Of a stretch of 62,967 nt of DNA, positions 10,829-20,813 are shown one piece after another (within the stretch, counting starts at the first letter, position 1; each line of letters starts with the position of its first letter). The DNA comes from Desulfobacteraceae bacterium (GTDB lineage Bacteria; Desulfobacterota; Desulfobacteria; Desulfobacterales; SG8-13): contig JARFQH010000087.1 of NCBI GenBank assembly GCA_029287875.1, positions 1-62,967 of the forward strand, read 5' to 3'. Made by a program: the position numbers and the translations under genes. The notes under the pieces were generated by a model. The model was given only the letters and a program-made list of their open reading frames with translations. It had not been told where the DNA came from and searched no databases.

Positions 10829-12091
10829 TTACTCCTTGCTCTGGCCGCTGGTGGTCACAGTTTCCACAATCTGGCCGGGGCTGACCTTCTGTACCCCCTG
10901 AACGATGATCGTCTCCCCGCTCATGATCCCTGATTCCACCGACCAATTCGTGCCAATGGCCGCCCCGGTGGTGATGCGTCGCTGCTGAACCCTGTTTTCG
11001 ACGTCGACAATGAGCACATAACGGCCTTCACGATCCTCTAGAACTGCCGACTGCGGCACAACCGGGAGACGTTTACCCTCGCTGCACCTTATGAGCACGG
11101 TGACGTACTGTCCCGGCAGAAGAATGGCGTCCCGATTGTCGAACACCGCTCGAACGGCAATCGTGCCGGTGCTGGCGTCCACCTGGTTGTCGACGAAGTC
11201 CAGTCGGCCGGTGGACGGATACATCTGTCCGCCGGGCATCTGGATGAGGGGTATGAGCCGGTTTTCGGGATTTCCGGCACATGCCCCCTCCTGAGTCATT
11301 CTGGAGTTGACAAGGTCGTTCTCGCTCATCGAATAGACCACCCGGATCGGGTCAAGCTGTACGATGCGGGCAAGTGCTTCCGAATCGGGGCCCACCAGAT
11401 TACCTTTGGTGTAAGTCGTACGGCCGATGCGCCCGCTGATGGGCGCCTTGATGATGGTGTATCCCAGGTCGAGTTCGGCTTGCTCCAGACTGGCCTTGGT
11501 TTGCTGAAGAAGGGCGTGGGCCTTTAGTTCCGCGCTGACAGCCGCCTCCAGGTCGGTCGCCGAAACCCCCCCGGAACGTACCGACTGGAGCCGTTTCAAA
11601 TACTGCCGGGCTTCGGTGAGGGAGGCCTCGGCGTCGGCCACCTTGGCCGCAGCTTCGTTGACCTTGGCTTTGTAAGGTGCCTGTTCGATAATGTAGAGGA
11701 GGTCTCCGGCTTTCACCTTACCGCCTTCCTGGAATTTTACGTGTTCGATGAATCCTTCCACGCGGGCGCGCAGGTCGACGGCTTGGATGGCTTCTACGCG
11801 GCCAACGTAATCAGACGGCGGGTTGACCTCTTGTTCGGACACCGCTTCGACGGTGACAGTCGGTGGCGGTGCATTTCGACCTTGCGGTGGAGCGGCTCCT
11901 GCAAGGCTGGTAATTTCCAAAAATAAAAAAAGGCATGCGAAAACAATCGCTGCCGTCGATGTCACGCTACAGACGCGGCCTTCCGGCTGCCGGCGGTTCG
12001 ATGCTGCGGAGGTGACCGGCGGTACGACCATGTCGCGGGATGTCGCCGAGAAAACCGGACCGGCGCATTCGGGAACGACTCGCTGCTGCAT
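10829..12091 (-). CDS. RND efflux periplasmic adaptor (membrane fusion protein)
   Basis: Track ORF 10829..12391 trimmed to the ATG at 12091 (MQQRVVPE...). The longer version would run through the divergent tetR promoter and gene. It has the MFP lipoyl/hairpin/barrel pattern (VEGFIEHVKFQEGGKVKAGDLLYIIEQAPY). Confidence 0.85.
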   Translation of the reverse strand: MQQRVVPECAGPVFSATSRDMVVPPVTSAASNRRQPEGRVCSVTSTAAIVFACLFLFLEITSLAGAAPPQGRNAPPPTVTVEAVSEQEVNPPSDYVGRVEAIQAVDLRARVEGFIEHVKFQEGGKVKAGDLLYIIEQAPYKAKVNEAAAKVADAEASLTEARQYLKRLQSVRSGGVSATDLEAAVSAELKAHALLQQTKASLEQAELDLGYTIIKAPISGRIGRTTYTKGNLVGPDSEALARIVQLDPIRVVYSMSENDLVNSRMTQEGACAGNPENRLIPLIQMPGGQMYPSTGRLDFVDNQVDASTGTIAVRAVFDNRDAILLPGQYVTVLIRCSEGKRLPVVPQSAVLEDREGRYVLIVDVENRVQQRRITTGAAIGTNWSVESGIMSGETIIVQGVQKVSPGQIVETVTTSGQSKE

Positions 12092-12160
12092 AATTTTTTC
12101 CTTCGGAGGAGAACTTGATGAATTGAAAGGCAAAGAATAGCAAAATGAATTGACAAATTC

Positions 12161-12189
12161 AAATTTAAATTTAAAAATGCGATTTAAAT
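12161..12189. promoter_or_regulatory. AT-rich palindromes in the tetR / efflux divergent intergenic (candidate TetR operators)
   Basis: AAATTTAAATTT (12161-12172) is a perfect 12-bp palindrome and ATTTAAAT (12182-12189) is a second one. Both lie between the adaptor start (12091) and the tetR start (12252). Confidence 0.4.
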
Positions 12190-12251
12190 TAAAAATTACA
12201 AAAAAATGTTGCTTCAATGATTTAATTGTCGAAAATGGAGCCGTATTGCAC

Positions 12252-12887
12252 ATGGTACAAGTGAAACGTGCCAAGAAATCCCGCAGTCGTGTGCTGGATG
12301 CGGCCTGCAAAGTTTTCGGGAAAAAAGGGTACCGCGATGCCAGGATCGCCGATATCTGCCGGCAGGCCGGAACCAACGTCGCGGCCGTCAACTACTATTT
12401 CGGCAGCAAGGCCGCCCTCTACGCGGAGGCATGGAAGCAGGCATTTGAGAAAGATATCGTCCCCGATCCGCCCGATGCCGCCGATGCGACACCTGAAGAG
12501 CGCTTGTGCGCCCGCATCCACGCTCTTGTGCGAAAGTTTTGCGACCGCGGCACCGGCGGACAGTTCACGCGCATGTACCTGATGGAGCTGGCCAATCCAA
12601 CGGGACTGATTGACGACAGCTGGCGCGAATTGATCGAGCCCCGTCGTCGGCACCTGATTGGGATCATCCGGGACCTGATCGGGCCTGCGGCGACGGATGA
12701 AGACATCTGGTTTTGTGAGTTGAGCATCATCAATCAGTGCCGGGCGTTGCTGATGCTCAATCGCAGCGATCTGGAATACCTCGTACAGCAGCCCTTGACG
12801 CCGGTTTTGATTCAGCGGCTGGCCGACCACATTACGCACTTTTCGCTGGCGGGCATACATGCCATGCGCACTAAGAAAAAGACTTGA
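12252..12887 (+). CDS. TetR/AcrR family transcriptional regulator
   Basis: Track ORF 12150..12887 trimmed to the ATG at 12252 (MVQVKRAKKSRSRVLDAACKVFGKKGYRDARIADICRQAGTNVAAVNYYFGSK is a canonical TetR HTH). It is divergent from the RND operon. Confidence 0.9.
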   Translation: MVQVKRAKKSRSRVLDAACKVFGKKGYRDARIADICRQAGTNVAAVNYYFGSKAALYAEAWKQAFEKDIVPDPPDAADATPEERLCARIHALVRKFCDRGTGGQFTRMYLMELANPTGLIDDSWRELIEPRRRHLIGIIRDLIGPAATDEDIWFCELSIINQCRALLMLNRSDLEYLVQQPLTPVLIQRLADHITHFSLAGIHAMRTKKKT

Positions 12888-13298
12888 CCCCTCGGCGGAC
12901 CGACAACACCCTTTGTTCAGTAAATAATTCCAGCGCAACTGGCTCAACCGGCCAACCGGTTAAACTTCACACACCATCTTCTTCAGAATTATCGCGAAAT
13001 TGAACGTAAATTTCCGGAATTCCCCCCACGAATTTTATCCGCTTGGCCCAAAAACGCCGTTTGAATGTGCCGGCCGGCAGGGATCTGCTCGACGGACATA
13101 AGAAGAACGGCTTCGTCATATTTCAAAAATCGAATTACGGCGGCATCCTCCTCCTGCCCTTCCGCGTGTCACATTCCATTGAGGCCTTGTGGGATGCTTT
13201 CGGCTGAAGTGGAAGAATAACTTAATTAGTATTAATTTAGTCACGTTATTAACTGTTCTATTGCTTCTCATACCCCGTGGAAAGGTACGGAAATATGA

Positions 13299-13327
13299 TT
13301 GACAATGGCAAAGGGGCACTGTAAATA
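13299..13327 (+). promoter_or_regulatory. Possible sigma70-type promoter far upstream of the E2 gene
   Basis: TTGACA (13299-13304), 17-nt spacer, TAAATA (13322-13327). It sits about 435 nt upstream of the E2 start, so the assignment is tentative. Confidence 0.25.
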
Positions 13328-13761
13328 AAAATAAATAGCGAAACCGATTAGGATCATCGTTAGATGCCATCACTGCTGATCTCTCCAGAAGCTGTTATCG
13401 ATAAACTCCTACACCTGATGATCTCACTCTCCCCCTGTCACTGGATAAACGACTGTCAACGAAAAGTATGTCATAAGTGTCGTTGTGACGATATCGGCAT
13501 TTTTCCGGCCGAGCAGACGAAATCTGATTAAAGCTCTTACCATAAAGTTGCCATCAAACAGCATACATTACCGTGTTTGACCCGAAGCGCGTTTTGGTTC
13601 TTTGGCAAAGCGCATGGCCTCGAAGCGGCACGGACGACCACAACCGATTAAATCCGATAAACAGTAGCATCAAAATGCCCACCATCATCAAATATTGCCC
13701 CAGCTTGGGATCGCGGGATAAACAGGTCAGGTTTTTTTGCAATCGAGAGGAGGGCTGAAGA

Positions 13762-15093
13762 TTGAGTGTTAAGGTGACAATGCCGAAACTGGGCATGACA
13801 ATGAAAGTGGGAAAAGTCTCGAAATGGTATAAAAATGAGGAGGATTCCGTTGAGAAAGGAGAGAAATTATTTGAAGTTGAAACGGAAAAAATTACAAACA
13901 AGATAGAAGCACCGGGATCCGGGATCCTGTTTCAAATTGTGGTTCCGGAAGGCGAAACCGTACCGGTGGGGACAATTGTGGCCGTTATTGCGCAGGCCGG
14001 TGAGCAACCTGAACGTATTGATGGAATTCAGGCCGGGGAAGTTGTGGAAATGAAAGCGGAGGCGGGAAAGCCCCAGGCCGCTGAAACAGAAACCGCGCCG
14101 GTGGAAAAAAAGCGACTATTGTCAACGCCATCCGCTCGCCGTGTGGCAAAAGAATTAGGGGTTGATTTGACATTGGTGGCAGGCACCGGTCCTGATGGAA
14201 AGATTAAAGAGGGGGACGTAATCAAATTCCATGAGGAAGGACCGCCGGCACCCAAAATTACCCCTCTGGCCGCGGAAATCGCCAAGCAGGAAGGCCTGGA
14301 CATATCCAAAATTACCGGAACCGGGGAAAATGGCAAAATCACGAAACAAGATGTTGAGCGCGCTCTTGCTGCGGCAAAAACTGTTCCGGAAGAGAAACCT
14401 TCCGAAGTCAAGGTAATCCCCTTTGAAGGAATTCGCAAGGTTATCGCAGACAACATGCAAGCCAGCTTGCAAAACGCCGCTCAGCTCACCGCCTTCACCG
14501 AGGTGGATGTCACAGAAATGGTGCGTTTTAGAAACCTTGTGAGAGAGGAATACAAAAAGGATGATTCCGTAAAAATTTCTTATAATGATATTATCATATT
14601 GGCAACAGCCCGGGCATTGTTGCAGCATCCCATCATGAACTCCACATTGATCGGTGAAGAGATTTTGGTCCATGACACCGTACACATGGGCATCGCTGTG
14701 GCTTTATCCGAAGGCCTCATTGTACCGAAGCTGAGATATGCTGAAAAGAAAAATCTATTGCAAATTGCAAAGGAGGTAAGACAACTGGCGCAAAAAGCCC
14801 GAGAGGGAGCCTTGGCAATTGAAGAAGTCACTGACGGCACGTTTACCATCACCAATGTCAGCATGCTCGGTATGGATGGATTTACACCGGTGCTCAATCC
14901 ACCGGAGACCGGAATCCTCGGTGTTGGCCGCGTGATAGAAAAACCGGCCGTATTTAAGGGAGAGATCACCATTCGTCACATGATGACCCTGAGCCTGACG
15001 TTTGATCACAGGGTCGTTGATGGTGCTCCGGCCATGACGTTCCTCAAGACGTTGGCACGATTTCTGGAACAACCCATGTTGCTTTTAACCTGA
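13762..15093 (+). CDS. acoC: Dihydrolipoamide acyltransferase, E2 component of a 2-oxoacid/acetoin dehydrogenase complex
   Basis: 443 aa. TTG start 8 nt after GGAGGG. N-terminal lipoyl domain with lysine context (FEVETEKITNKIEAPGSG), an E3-binding segment (STPSARRVAKELGVDL) and a catalytic domain (LSLTFDHRVVDGA). Confidence 0.9.
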   Translation: MSVKVTMPKLGMTMKVGKVSKWYKNEEDSVEKGEKLFEVETEKITNKIEAPGSGILFQIVVPEGETVPVGTIVAVIAQAGEQPERIDGIQAGEVVEMKAEAGKPQAAETETAPVEKKRLLSTPSARRVAKELGVDLTLVAGTGPDGKIKEGDVIKFHEEGPPAPKITPLAAEIAKQEGLDISKITGTGENGKITKQDVERALAAAKTVPEEKPSEVKVIPFEGIRKVIADNMQASLQNAAQLTAFTEVDVTEMVRFRNLVREEYKKDDSVKISYNDIIILATARALLQHPIMNSTLIGEEILVHDTVHMGIAVALSEGLIVPKLRYAEKKNLLQIAKEVRQLAQKAREGALAIEEVTDGTFTITNVSMLGMDGFTPVLNPPETGILGVGRVIEKPAVFKGEITIRHMMTLSLTFDHRVVDGAPAMTFLKTLARFLEQPMLLLT

Positions 15094-15117
15094 CAGGGCA
15101 ACTTCAAAAATCGAGGT

Positions 15118-16494
15118 ATGACGATGCGTGATGTAACTGTAATCGGAGGTGGATCCGGCGGCTATGCGGCAGCGATCCGCGCTGCCCAGCTGGGGGCGGA
15201 TGTTGTATTGGCCGAATGTGCTGAAACAGGCGGCACGTGCGTAAACCGAGGATGTATTCCCAGCAAGGTCTGGCTAAGAGCGGCAGATTTGCTTAATCGT
15301 TTAAAGACCGGAGAAGAATTCGGGATAAATGCGACTGTAAAAGAAATTGATTTTACGACCATTGTTGAAAGAAAAAGCGGTGTATCGGCTGAAATCCGCA
15401 TGGGCATGGAAGCGCTTTTACAAAATAACGGGGTGGAGGTTGTCACAGGGCGCGCTGTTTTAAAAAGCCCGCAAGAGGTGGATATTGACGGCCGTATCAT
15501 TGAAACCCAAAAAGTCATTATCGCCACAGGTAGTTCTTTATCGGTACCGGAAATACCGGGATTGGAAAAAGCCGCCATGACCACGGATGAGGTATTGGAA
15601 ATGACCGCCGTGCCGGAGTCAATCCTGGTTTGCGGGGCCGGCTATATCGAAGTCGAGATGGCTTTTTTGTTAAATACCTTCGGCTGTAAAGTCTTTATGG
15701 CGACCGCGTCGGCAAGAATTTTACCTAAGGAAGATTCAGACACCAGCCAGAGAATTGCCCAGGCGTTAAGGGAAAAGGGTGTGGATATTATTCCGCGCGC
15801 ATCTATAGAGTCGGTCAAAACGAACAAAACAGAGACGACCTGCGAACTATCAGGGCCAAAGGAGCGAAGTGTCAATGTCAAAAAGATATTGGTTTCAAAT
15901 AGGATACCGAATACTTCCGGCCTGGGTTTGAAAAAGATCGGCATTAGACTGAATGAAGACAATGGCATCCGGGTAAACGACCGACTGGAAAGCTCGGTTG
16001 AAGGGATTTATGCCATTGGTGATGCCACCGGCGGATGGATGCTCAGCCATGCGGCATCTTCCATGGCCGTTTTTGCAGCGGAAAATGCCATGGGCGCGAA
16101 GAAGCGTTATCCTTTCAATCTTATTCCCCGGTGTTTATGGACGCAACCTGAGATGGGCGCAGTGGGGCTTTCTGAAGAAGACGCCGAAAAACAGGGCTAT
16201 GATGTGGAAACGGGCGTTTTCCCGTATGCGATCAACGGGCTGGCAATGGTCCGCAATGAAGTCGATGGGGCCGTAAAAATTGTGTCGGATGCGCGTTATG
16301 GAGAAATTCTGGGTGTGCACATCGTGGGTTCAAATGCGACCGAACTTGCCGGAGAGGCGGTATTGGCCATGCAGCTGGAAGCCACAGCCCAGGAACTGGC
16401 GCGCAGTATCCGGGTTCACCCCACCTTTTCCGAGGCCGTTGTAGATGCAGCGCGGGATGCTAATAACTGGGCCTTGTATTTGCCTCGGAGCTAA
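15118..16494 (+). CDS. lpdA: Dihydrolipoyl dehydrogenase (E3)
   Basis: 458 aa. FAD fold (VIGGGSGGYAAAIRAAQLG), redox disulfide motif (GGTCVNRGCIPSK) and C-terminal interface domain (HPTFSEA). Confidence 0.93.
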   Translation: MTMRDVTVIGGGSGGYAAAIRAAQLGADVVLAECAETGGTCVNRGCIPSKVWLRAADLLNRLKTGEEFGINATVKEIDFTTIVERKSGVSAEIRMGMEALLQNNGVEVVTGRAVLKSPQEVDIDGRIIETQKVIIATGSSLSVPEIPGLEKAAMTTDEVLEMTAVPESILVCGAGYIEVEMAFLLNTFGCKVFMATASARILPKEDSDTSQRIAQALREKGVDIIPRASIESVKTNKTETTCELSGPKERSVNVKKILVSNRIPNTSGLGLKKIGIRLNEDNGIRVNDRLESSVEGIYAIGDATGGWMLSHAASSMAVFAAENAMGAKKRYPFNLIPRCLWTQPEMGAVGLSEEDAEKQGYDVETGVFPYAINGLAMVRNEVDGAVKIVSDARYGEILGVHIVGSNATELAGEAVLAMQLEATAQELARSIRVHPTFSEAVVDAARDANNWALYLPRS

Positions 16495-16507
16495 AGAAGA
16501 AAAGCAG

Positions 16508-18145
16508 ATGAAAAACAGTCCAAAAGTGCATCTTCAAATCATTGATTGGGGATTGCTCAGCTATGGCAAGGCTTATCGACGCCAGAAGAAAATGGTCGCA
16601 GAAAGAATTGCGGATAAATGTCCCGATCGATTGGTGTTCGTTGAGCACCAGCCGGTGGTAACCATCGGTCGAAGCGGCAGCCTGCAGGATCTTTGTGTGC
16701 AGCCGGAAGCACTTCGCCGGAAAAAGATCGATCTGCACCGCGTGGATCGCGGCGGCAAGGCGACTTTTCACGGCCCCGGACAACTGGTGGCCTACCCCAT
16801 ATTAAGACTGGGAGAGAAAGACCTACATGCTTTTTTAAAGCGACTGTTGGATACAATTGCCAGTGTACTGCGAAGCTACGAGCTGATCCCGGAGTTTAAA
16901 AAAGGTCACCCCGGCGTGTGGGTTGGCGGTTCCAAGATCGCCAGTGTCGGAATAGCTGTCCAAAAATGGGTGACTTACCACGGCGCGGCGCTAAACATCT
17001 CTGCGGATCCAAATTGGTTTAACTTCATTGTACCTTGTGGTCAGCCGGACGAAAAGATCACTTCAATCGAAAACGAAATTGGGAATCGAGTAAATCCATC
17101 AGAAGCAAAAAAAAGATTTATTCAATCATTTTGCCGGATATTTGGTTACGAATTATCCTCTGAAAATTTTGACGATTCTAACCGACACCCCCCCTGGCTG
17201 GTTCGACCGGCGCCGGATGCGACAGCCGTAGATCGAATGGAGACAAGCCTTCGCGACTTGCACTTGGCGACTGTGTGCCAAAGCGCCCATTGCCCCAATC
17301 TGGGTGAATGTTTTGGCAGAGGCACGGCCACCTTCATGATTTTAGGCACTCATTGCACGCGAAGGTGCCGTTTTTGTGCCGTAGACAAGGGTATTCCCGG
17401 ACCGGTAGACGAAAATGAGCCTGTTCGTGTCGCCCAAGCGGTGCAATTGCTAAGACTTAATCACGCCGTGGTCACCTCTGTAACCCGCGATGATCTGCCG
17501 GATGGGGGCGCAGCGCAATTCGTCCAGACCATTCGACAGATCAGAAAAACCTGTAAGGATGTTTATGTAGAAGTACTGGTTCCAGATTTTAACGGATCCG
17601 TCAAAGCACTTCAAAGTGTGTGTGAATCCCAACCGGAAGTCTTTAACCATAACATTGAAACAGTGGCGCGATTGTACGCTATGGTTCGTCCCGTAGCCAA
17701 ATATCGGCGCTCGTTAGCGGTTTTAAAATACGCTTTTGGCCAGGGACTTTTGGTCAAATCGGGCCTGATGTTGGGTCTTGGAGAAACGCAAAATGAGATC
17801 AAAAAAACCCTTTTGGATTTAAAACACACCGGTTGTGCAGCACTTACCCTGGGGCAGTATTTAGCACCTTCCAAAGATCACTTGCCGGTGGTGCGTTATG
17901 TGTCGCCGAAGGAATTTCAAATGTGGGCCGAAACCGCTCGGGAAATGGGCTTTAAAGCTGTGGCCGCAGGACCGCTGGTGCGCAGTTCTTATCGGGCGGA
18001 TGCCATGCTGGAAACAAAGAGATTATCGAACCACTTTTCAAATAAGGGATCCAATCGATGGAAACCAAAAGATTTATTGTCGAGATCGGAACCGGTGCCG
18101 ACCTGCATGGAGAAGACGTCACCAAGGCAGCGTGCCGGGCTGTAA
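16508..18145 (+). CDS. Bifunctional LipB-LipA fusion: octanoyltransferase plus lipoyl synthase
   Basis: Track ORF 16445..18145 trimmed to the ATG at 16508 (MKNSPKVHLQIIDWG). The N-terminal ~225 aa are LipB-like (VDRGGKATFHGPGQLVAYP, KIASVGI, PCG). It continues in frame into LipA (PPWLVRP..., CQSAHCPNLGECF, radical-SAM CTRRCRFC, RSSYRA). Confidence 0.85.
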   Translation: MKNSPKVHLQIIDWGLLSYGKAYRRQKKMVAERIADKCPDRLVFVEHQPVVTIGRSGSLQDLCVQPEALRRKKIDLHRVDRGGKATFHGPGQLVAYPILRLGEKDLHAFLKRLLDTIASVLRSYELIPEFKKGHPGVWVGGSKIASVGIAVQKWVTYHGAALNISADPNWFNFIVPCGQPDEKITSIENEIGNRVNPSEAKKRFIQSFCRIFGYELSSENFDDSNRHPPWLVRPAPDATAVDRMETSLRDLHLATVCQSAHCPNLGECFGRGTATFMILGTHCTRRCRFCAVDKGIPGPVDENEPVRVAQAVQLLRLNHAVVTSVTRDDLPDGGAAQFVQTIRQIRKTCKDVYVEVLVPDFNGSVKALQSVCESQPEVFNHNIETVARLYAMVRPVAKYRRSLAVLKYAFGQGLLVKSGLMLGLGETQNEIKKTLLDLKHTGCAALTLGQYLAPSKDHLPVVRYVSPKEFQMWAETAREMGFKAVAAGPLVRSSYRADAMLETKRLSNHFSNKGSNRWKPKDLLSRSEPVPTCMEKTSPRQRAGL

Positions 18146-18426
18146 AAGACGCCATTTCAAGGAGCTGTCTTTGCGGATTGGTGGAAATTCTGGGAATAGA
18201 GGACCTGCAGGCCATGGAGGTGGATATTCATGTCGCCTGTCCGAAACCGGAGAATGTGGATCTGGAGCAGGTAAAAGCGACCGTTCCCATCGGACGAAAA
18301 ACTGCCCAAGCGGTTGAAGGGGGAATGAAGGTCAAGGGGCTTTGTGTGCCCAATTTTGCTCCGGACTGTGATCAAATCGTCGTGGCCAATGCTGCTGTGA
18401 CTGTTTTGATTCGGATGAACCTTTAG
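18058..18426 (+). CDS. Lin0512-family conserved protein of unknown function
   Basis: 122-aa ORF (METKRFIVEIGTGADLHGEDVTKAACRAVKDAI...) resembling the small Lin0512 family, recognised from memory. AAGGGA lies upstream. It overlaps the 3' tail of the lipB-lipA ORF by 88 nt. Confidence 0.6.
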   Translation: METKRFIVEIGTGADLHGEDVTKAACRAVKDAISRSCLCGLVEILGIEDLQAMEVDIHVACPKPENVDLEQVKATVPIGRKTAQAVEGGMKVKGLCVPNFAPDCDQIVVANAAVTVLIRMNL

Positions 18427-18721
18427 GATGTTTTCATCCTGTCATCAGATTCATGGCTGGTGGCCGGCACTAAGGGCTCACTCAAAAATAGCTTCACATT
18501 TTGGAAGCCGATGCATCCCGTCCGGCTGTGTTGCAAAAACTCGGAATATCCAGATATTCCTGCGTTTTCGCGCCTTGCCGGTCGGGCGCCTCAACACCCA
18601 AAATTGCGAACTTATTTTTTCGTGAACCCTAAATAAAGGAAAGGAGGGAAAGTTCAACGCAGTACATGTAATAGTATCCTGTGAAGCTATTTCGTCGACC
18701 TCAACCATAAGGAGGAAAGCA

Positions 18722-19681
18722 ATGGACCTGACCAATGAACAACTCATAGAGATGTATATCACTATGAACAAGATTCGAACCTTTGAAAATCGTGTCGCCG
18801 AGCTTTTTGCGGACGGAAAAATTCCGGGTTTTGTCCATCTGTATGTGGGTGAAGAAGCAGTTGCAACCGGGGCTTGTGCGAATCTGACCGACAAGGATTA
18901 CATCACCAGCACCCACCGCGGCCACGGGCATCTCATTGCCAAGGGCGGCGACATCAAGCGGATGATGGCCGAGCTGTTCGGTAAAAATACAGGCTACTGT
19001 AAGGGCAAGGGCGGTTCCATGCATATCGCCGATCTTGATCTTTGCATTATGGTCGCCAACGGTATTGTGGGCGGTGGTCCGCCGCTGGCCGCGGGAGCCG
19101 CACTGGCCTGCCAGTATTTGGACACCGACAGCGTGGCGGTGTGCTTTTTCGGCGACGGCGCCTCCAACCAGGGAACCACCCACGAGGCCATGAATCTGGC
19201 CACCTGCTGGAAGCTTCCGGTGGTGTTTGTCAATGAAAATAACATGTACGGCATCTCATCCTGTACCCTTAATTCCATGTGCGTTCCCAACATCGCCGAC
19301 CGGGCCGCCGCCTATGATATGCCTGGCGTCGTTGTGGATGGAAACGATGTCATTGCGGTTTATGAAGCGGTCGGTGAAGCAATCAAACGGGCCCGCCAGA
19401 GCAAGGGACCGTCTCTGGTTGAATGTAAAACTTATCGCCACCGGGGACATTTTGAAGGCGATCCCTGTGCTTATCGCAACGATGCTGAGCTTGAGGAGTG
19501 GAAAGAAAAAGACCCGATTCCGAGGCTCGAGCAAAAGCTGCTGGAAATGAAACTGCTTACCGACGGTAAAATCAGTGAGATCAAAAGCGCCCTTCAAAAA
19601 GAGTTGGCCGAAGCTGAAAAATTTGCCGAAGAAAGCCCGCTGCCTGATGTCTCCGAACTTACAGAGGATGTTTACTCTTAA
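18722..19681 (+). CDS. acoA: TPP-dependent acetoin/pyruvate dehydrogenase E1 alpha subunit
   Basis: 319 aa. AAGGAGG RBS. TPP-binding region (GSMHI..., FFGDGASNQGTTHEAMNLA, VFVNENNMYGIS). Confidence 0.9.
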   Translation: MDLTNEQLIEMYITMNKIRTFENRVAELFADGKIPGFVHLYVGEEAVATGACANLTDKDYITSTHRGHGHLIAKGGDIKRMMAELFGKNTGYCKGKGGSMHIADLDLCIMVANGIVGGGPPLAAGAALACQYLDTDSVAVCFFGDGASNQGTTHEAMNLATCWKLPVVFVNENNMYGISSCTLNSMCVPNIADRAAAYDMPGVVVDGNDVIAVYEAVGEAIKRARQSKGPSLVECKTYRHRGHFEGDPCAYRNDAELEEWKEKDPIPRLEQKLLEMKLLTDGKISEIKSALQKELAEAEKFAEESPLPDVSELTEDVYS

Positions 19682-19736
19682 GCGCTTAACGGCTTAACAT
19701 CGGGAAAATGGGAGACCCTAAAAGGAGGATTGAAAA

Positions 19737-20711
19737 ATGCCGAATATGACTTTTGCTCAAGCGTTAAACGACGCGCATAAGGTTGAAATGGAGCGTGATC
19801 CCAAAATATATGTCGCCGGTGAGGATGTAGGGGTTTACGGCGGAATTTTTGGTGTAACGGCGGGGCTGCTGGACCAGTTCGGCGACAAGCGGGTGAAGGA
19901 CACCCCCATTACCGAAAGTGCGATCGTCGGGACAGCGGTAGGAGCTGCTACCGTCGGTCTCAGACCGGTCATTGAACTGATGTTTGTCGATTTTATCGGG
20001 GTTGCCCTGGATCAGCTTTATAATCAGGCCGCCAAGATGAAATACATGTTCGGCGGCAAAGCCAGGATCCCCATGGTTATGCGCGCATCCTGCGGTGCCG
20101 GCATCGGGGCCGCGGCCCAGCACTCCCAGTGCCTGGAGGCACTGTTCATGCATCTTCCCGGGCTGAAGGTGGTTATGCCCAGCACACCGTATGACGCCAA
20201 AGGGCTTCTGATCGAAGCGATTCGCGACGACAACCCGGTGGTCTTCCTGGAGCATAAATTACTTTATGCCCTCGAGGGGGAGGTTCCCGACGGCACTTAC
20301 ACCATCCCCTTTGGCCAGGTCGATATCAAGCGCGAGGGCAAGGACGTCACCGTCGTGGCTACGGCCAAAATGGTCCATACCGCGTTGAGCGCTGCCGAAA
20401 AGCTTGCCGCAGACGGGATCAGCGTGGAGGTGGTGGACCCGCGTACGCTTTGCCCCCTGGATGAAGAGGGTATTATCGAATCCGTCAAAAAGACCCACCG
20501 GCTGGTCATCGTGCACGAAGAGGTGAAATTCGCCGGATCAGGCGCTGAAATTTCAGCTATGGTGGCCGAAAAGGCCTTTGATTATCTGGATGCACCAATC
20601 CTGCGGGTGGCCGCACCTTTTTGCCCGGTTCCTTTTTCAGCTCCACTCGAGCAAGCCTTCATACCGAGCGAAGAAAAGATTATTGAAGCGGTCAGAAAGG
20701 TAAGAGAGTGA
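19737..20711 (+). CDS. acoB: Acetoin/pyruvate dehydrogenase E1 beta subunit
   Basis: 324 aa. AAGGAGG RBS. Transketolase-like pyrimidine-binding and C-terminal domains (RVKDTPITESAIVGTAVGAA, DPRTLCPLD). Confidence 0.9.
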   Translation: MPNMTFAQALNDAHKVEMERDPKIYVAGEDVGVYGGIFGVTAGLLDQFGDKRVKDTPITESAIVGTAVGAATVGLRPVIELMFVDFIGVALDQLYNQAAKMKYMFGGKARIPMVMRASCGAGIGAAAQHSQCLEALFMHLPGLKVVMPSTPYDAKGLLIEAIRDDNPVVFLEHKLLYALEGEVPDGTYTIPFGQVDIKREGKDVTVVATAKMVHTALSAAEKLAADGISVEVVDPRTLCPLDEEGIIESVKKTHRLVIVHEEVKFAGSGAEISAMVAEKAFDYLDAPILRVAAPFCPVPFSAPLEQAFIPSEEKIIEAVRKVRE

Positions 20712-20813
20712 TTTGTCCGGTTGGGCGTTCCAACTGGATGGCGCCTTGGAAAGCGGAATTTTACCAGGCCCTAAAATCCAGGTATAAAGAGTTTGAACAA
20801 TAAGGAGAACATC

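Noticed and set aside
13554-13901. 115-aa minus-strand ORF spanning the E2 gene start
   Set aside because: It overlaps the RBS and lipoyl domain of the strongly supported E2 gene on the opposite strand and matches no recognisable family. The remaining 12888-13761 gap shows no convincing gene.
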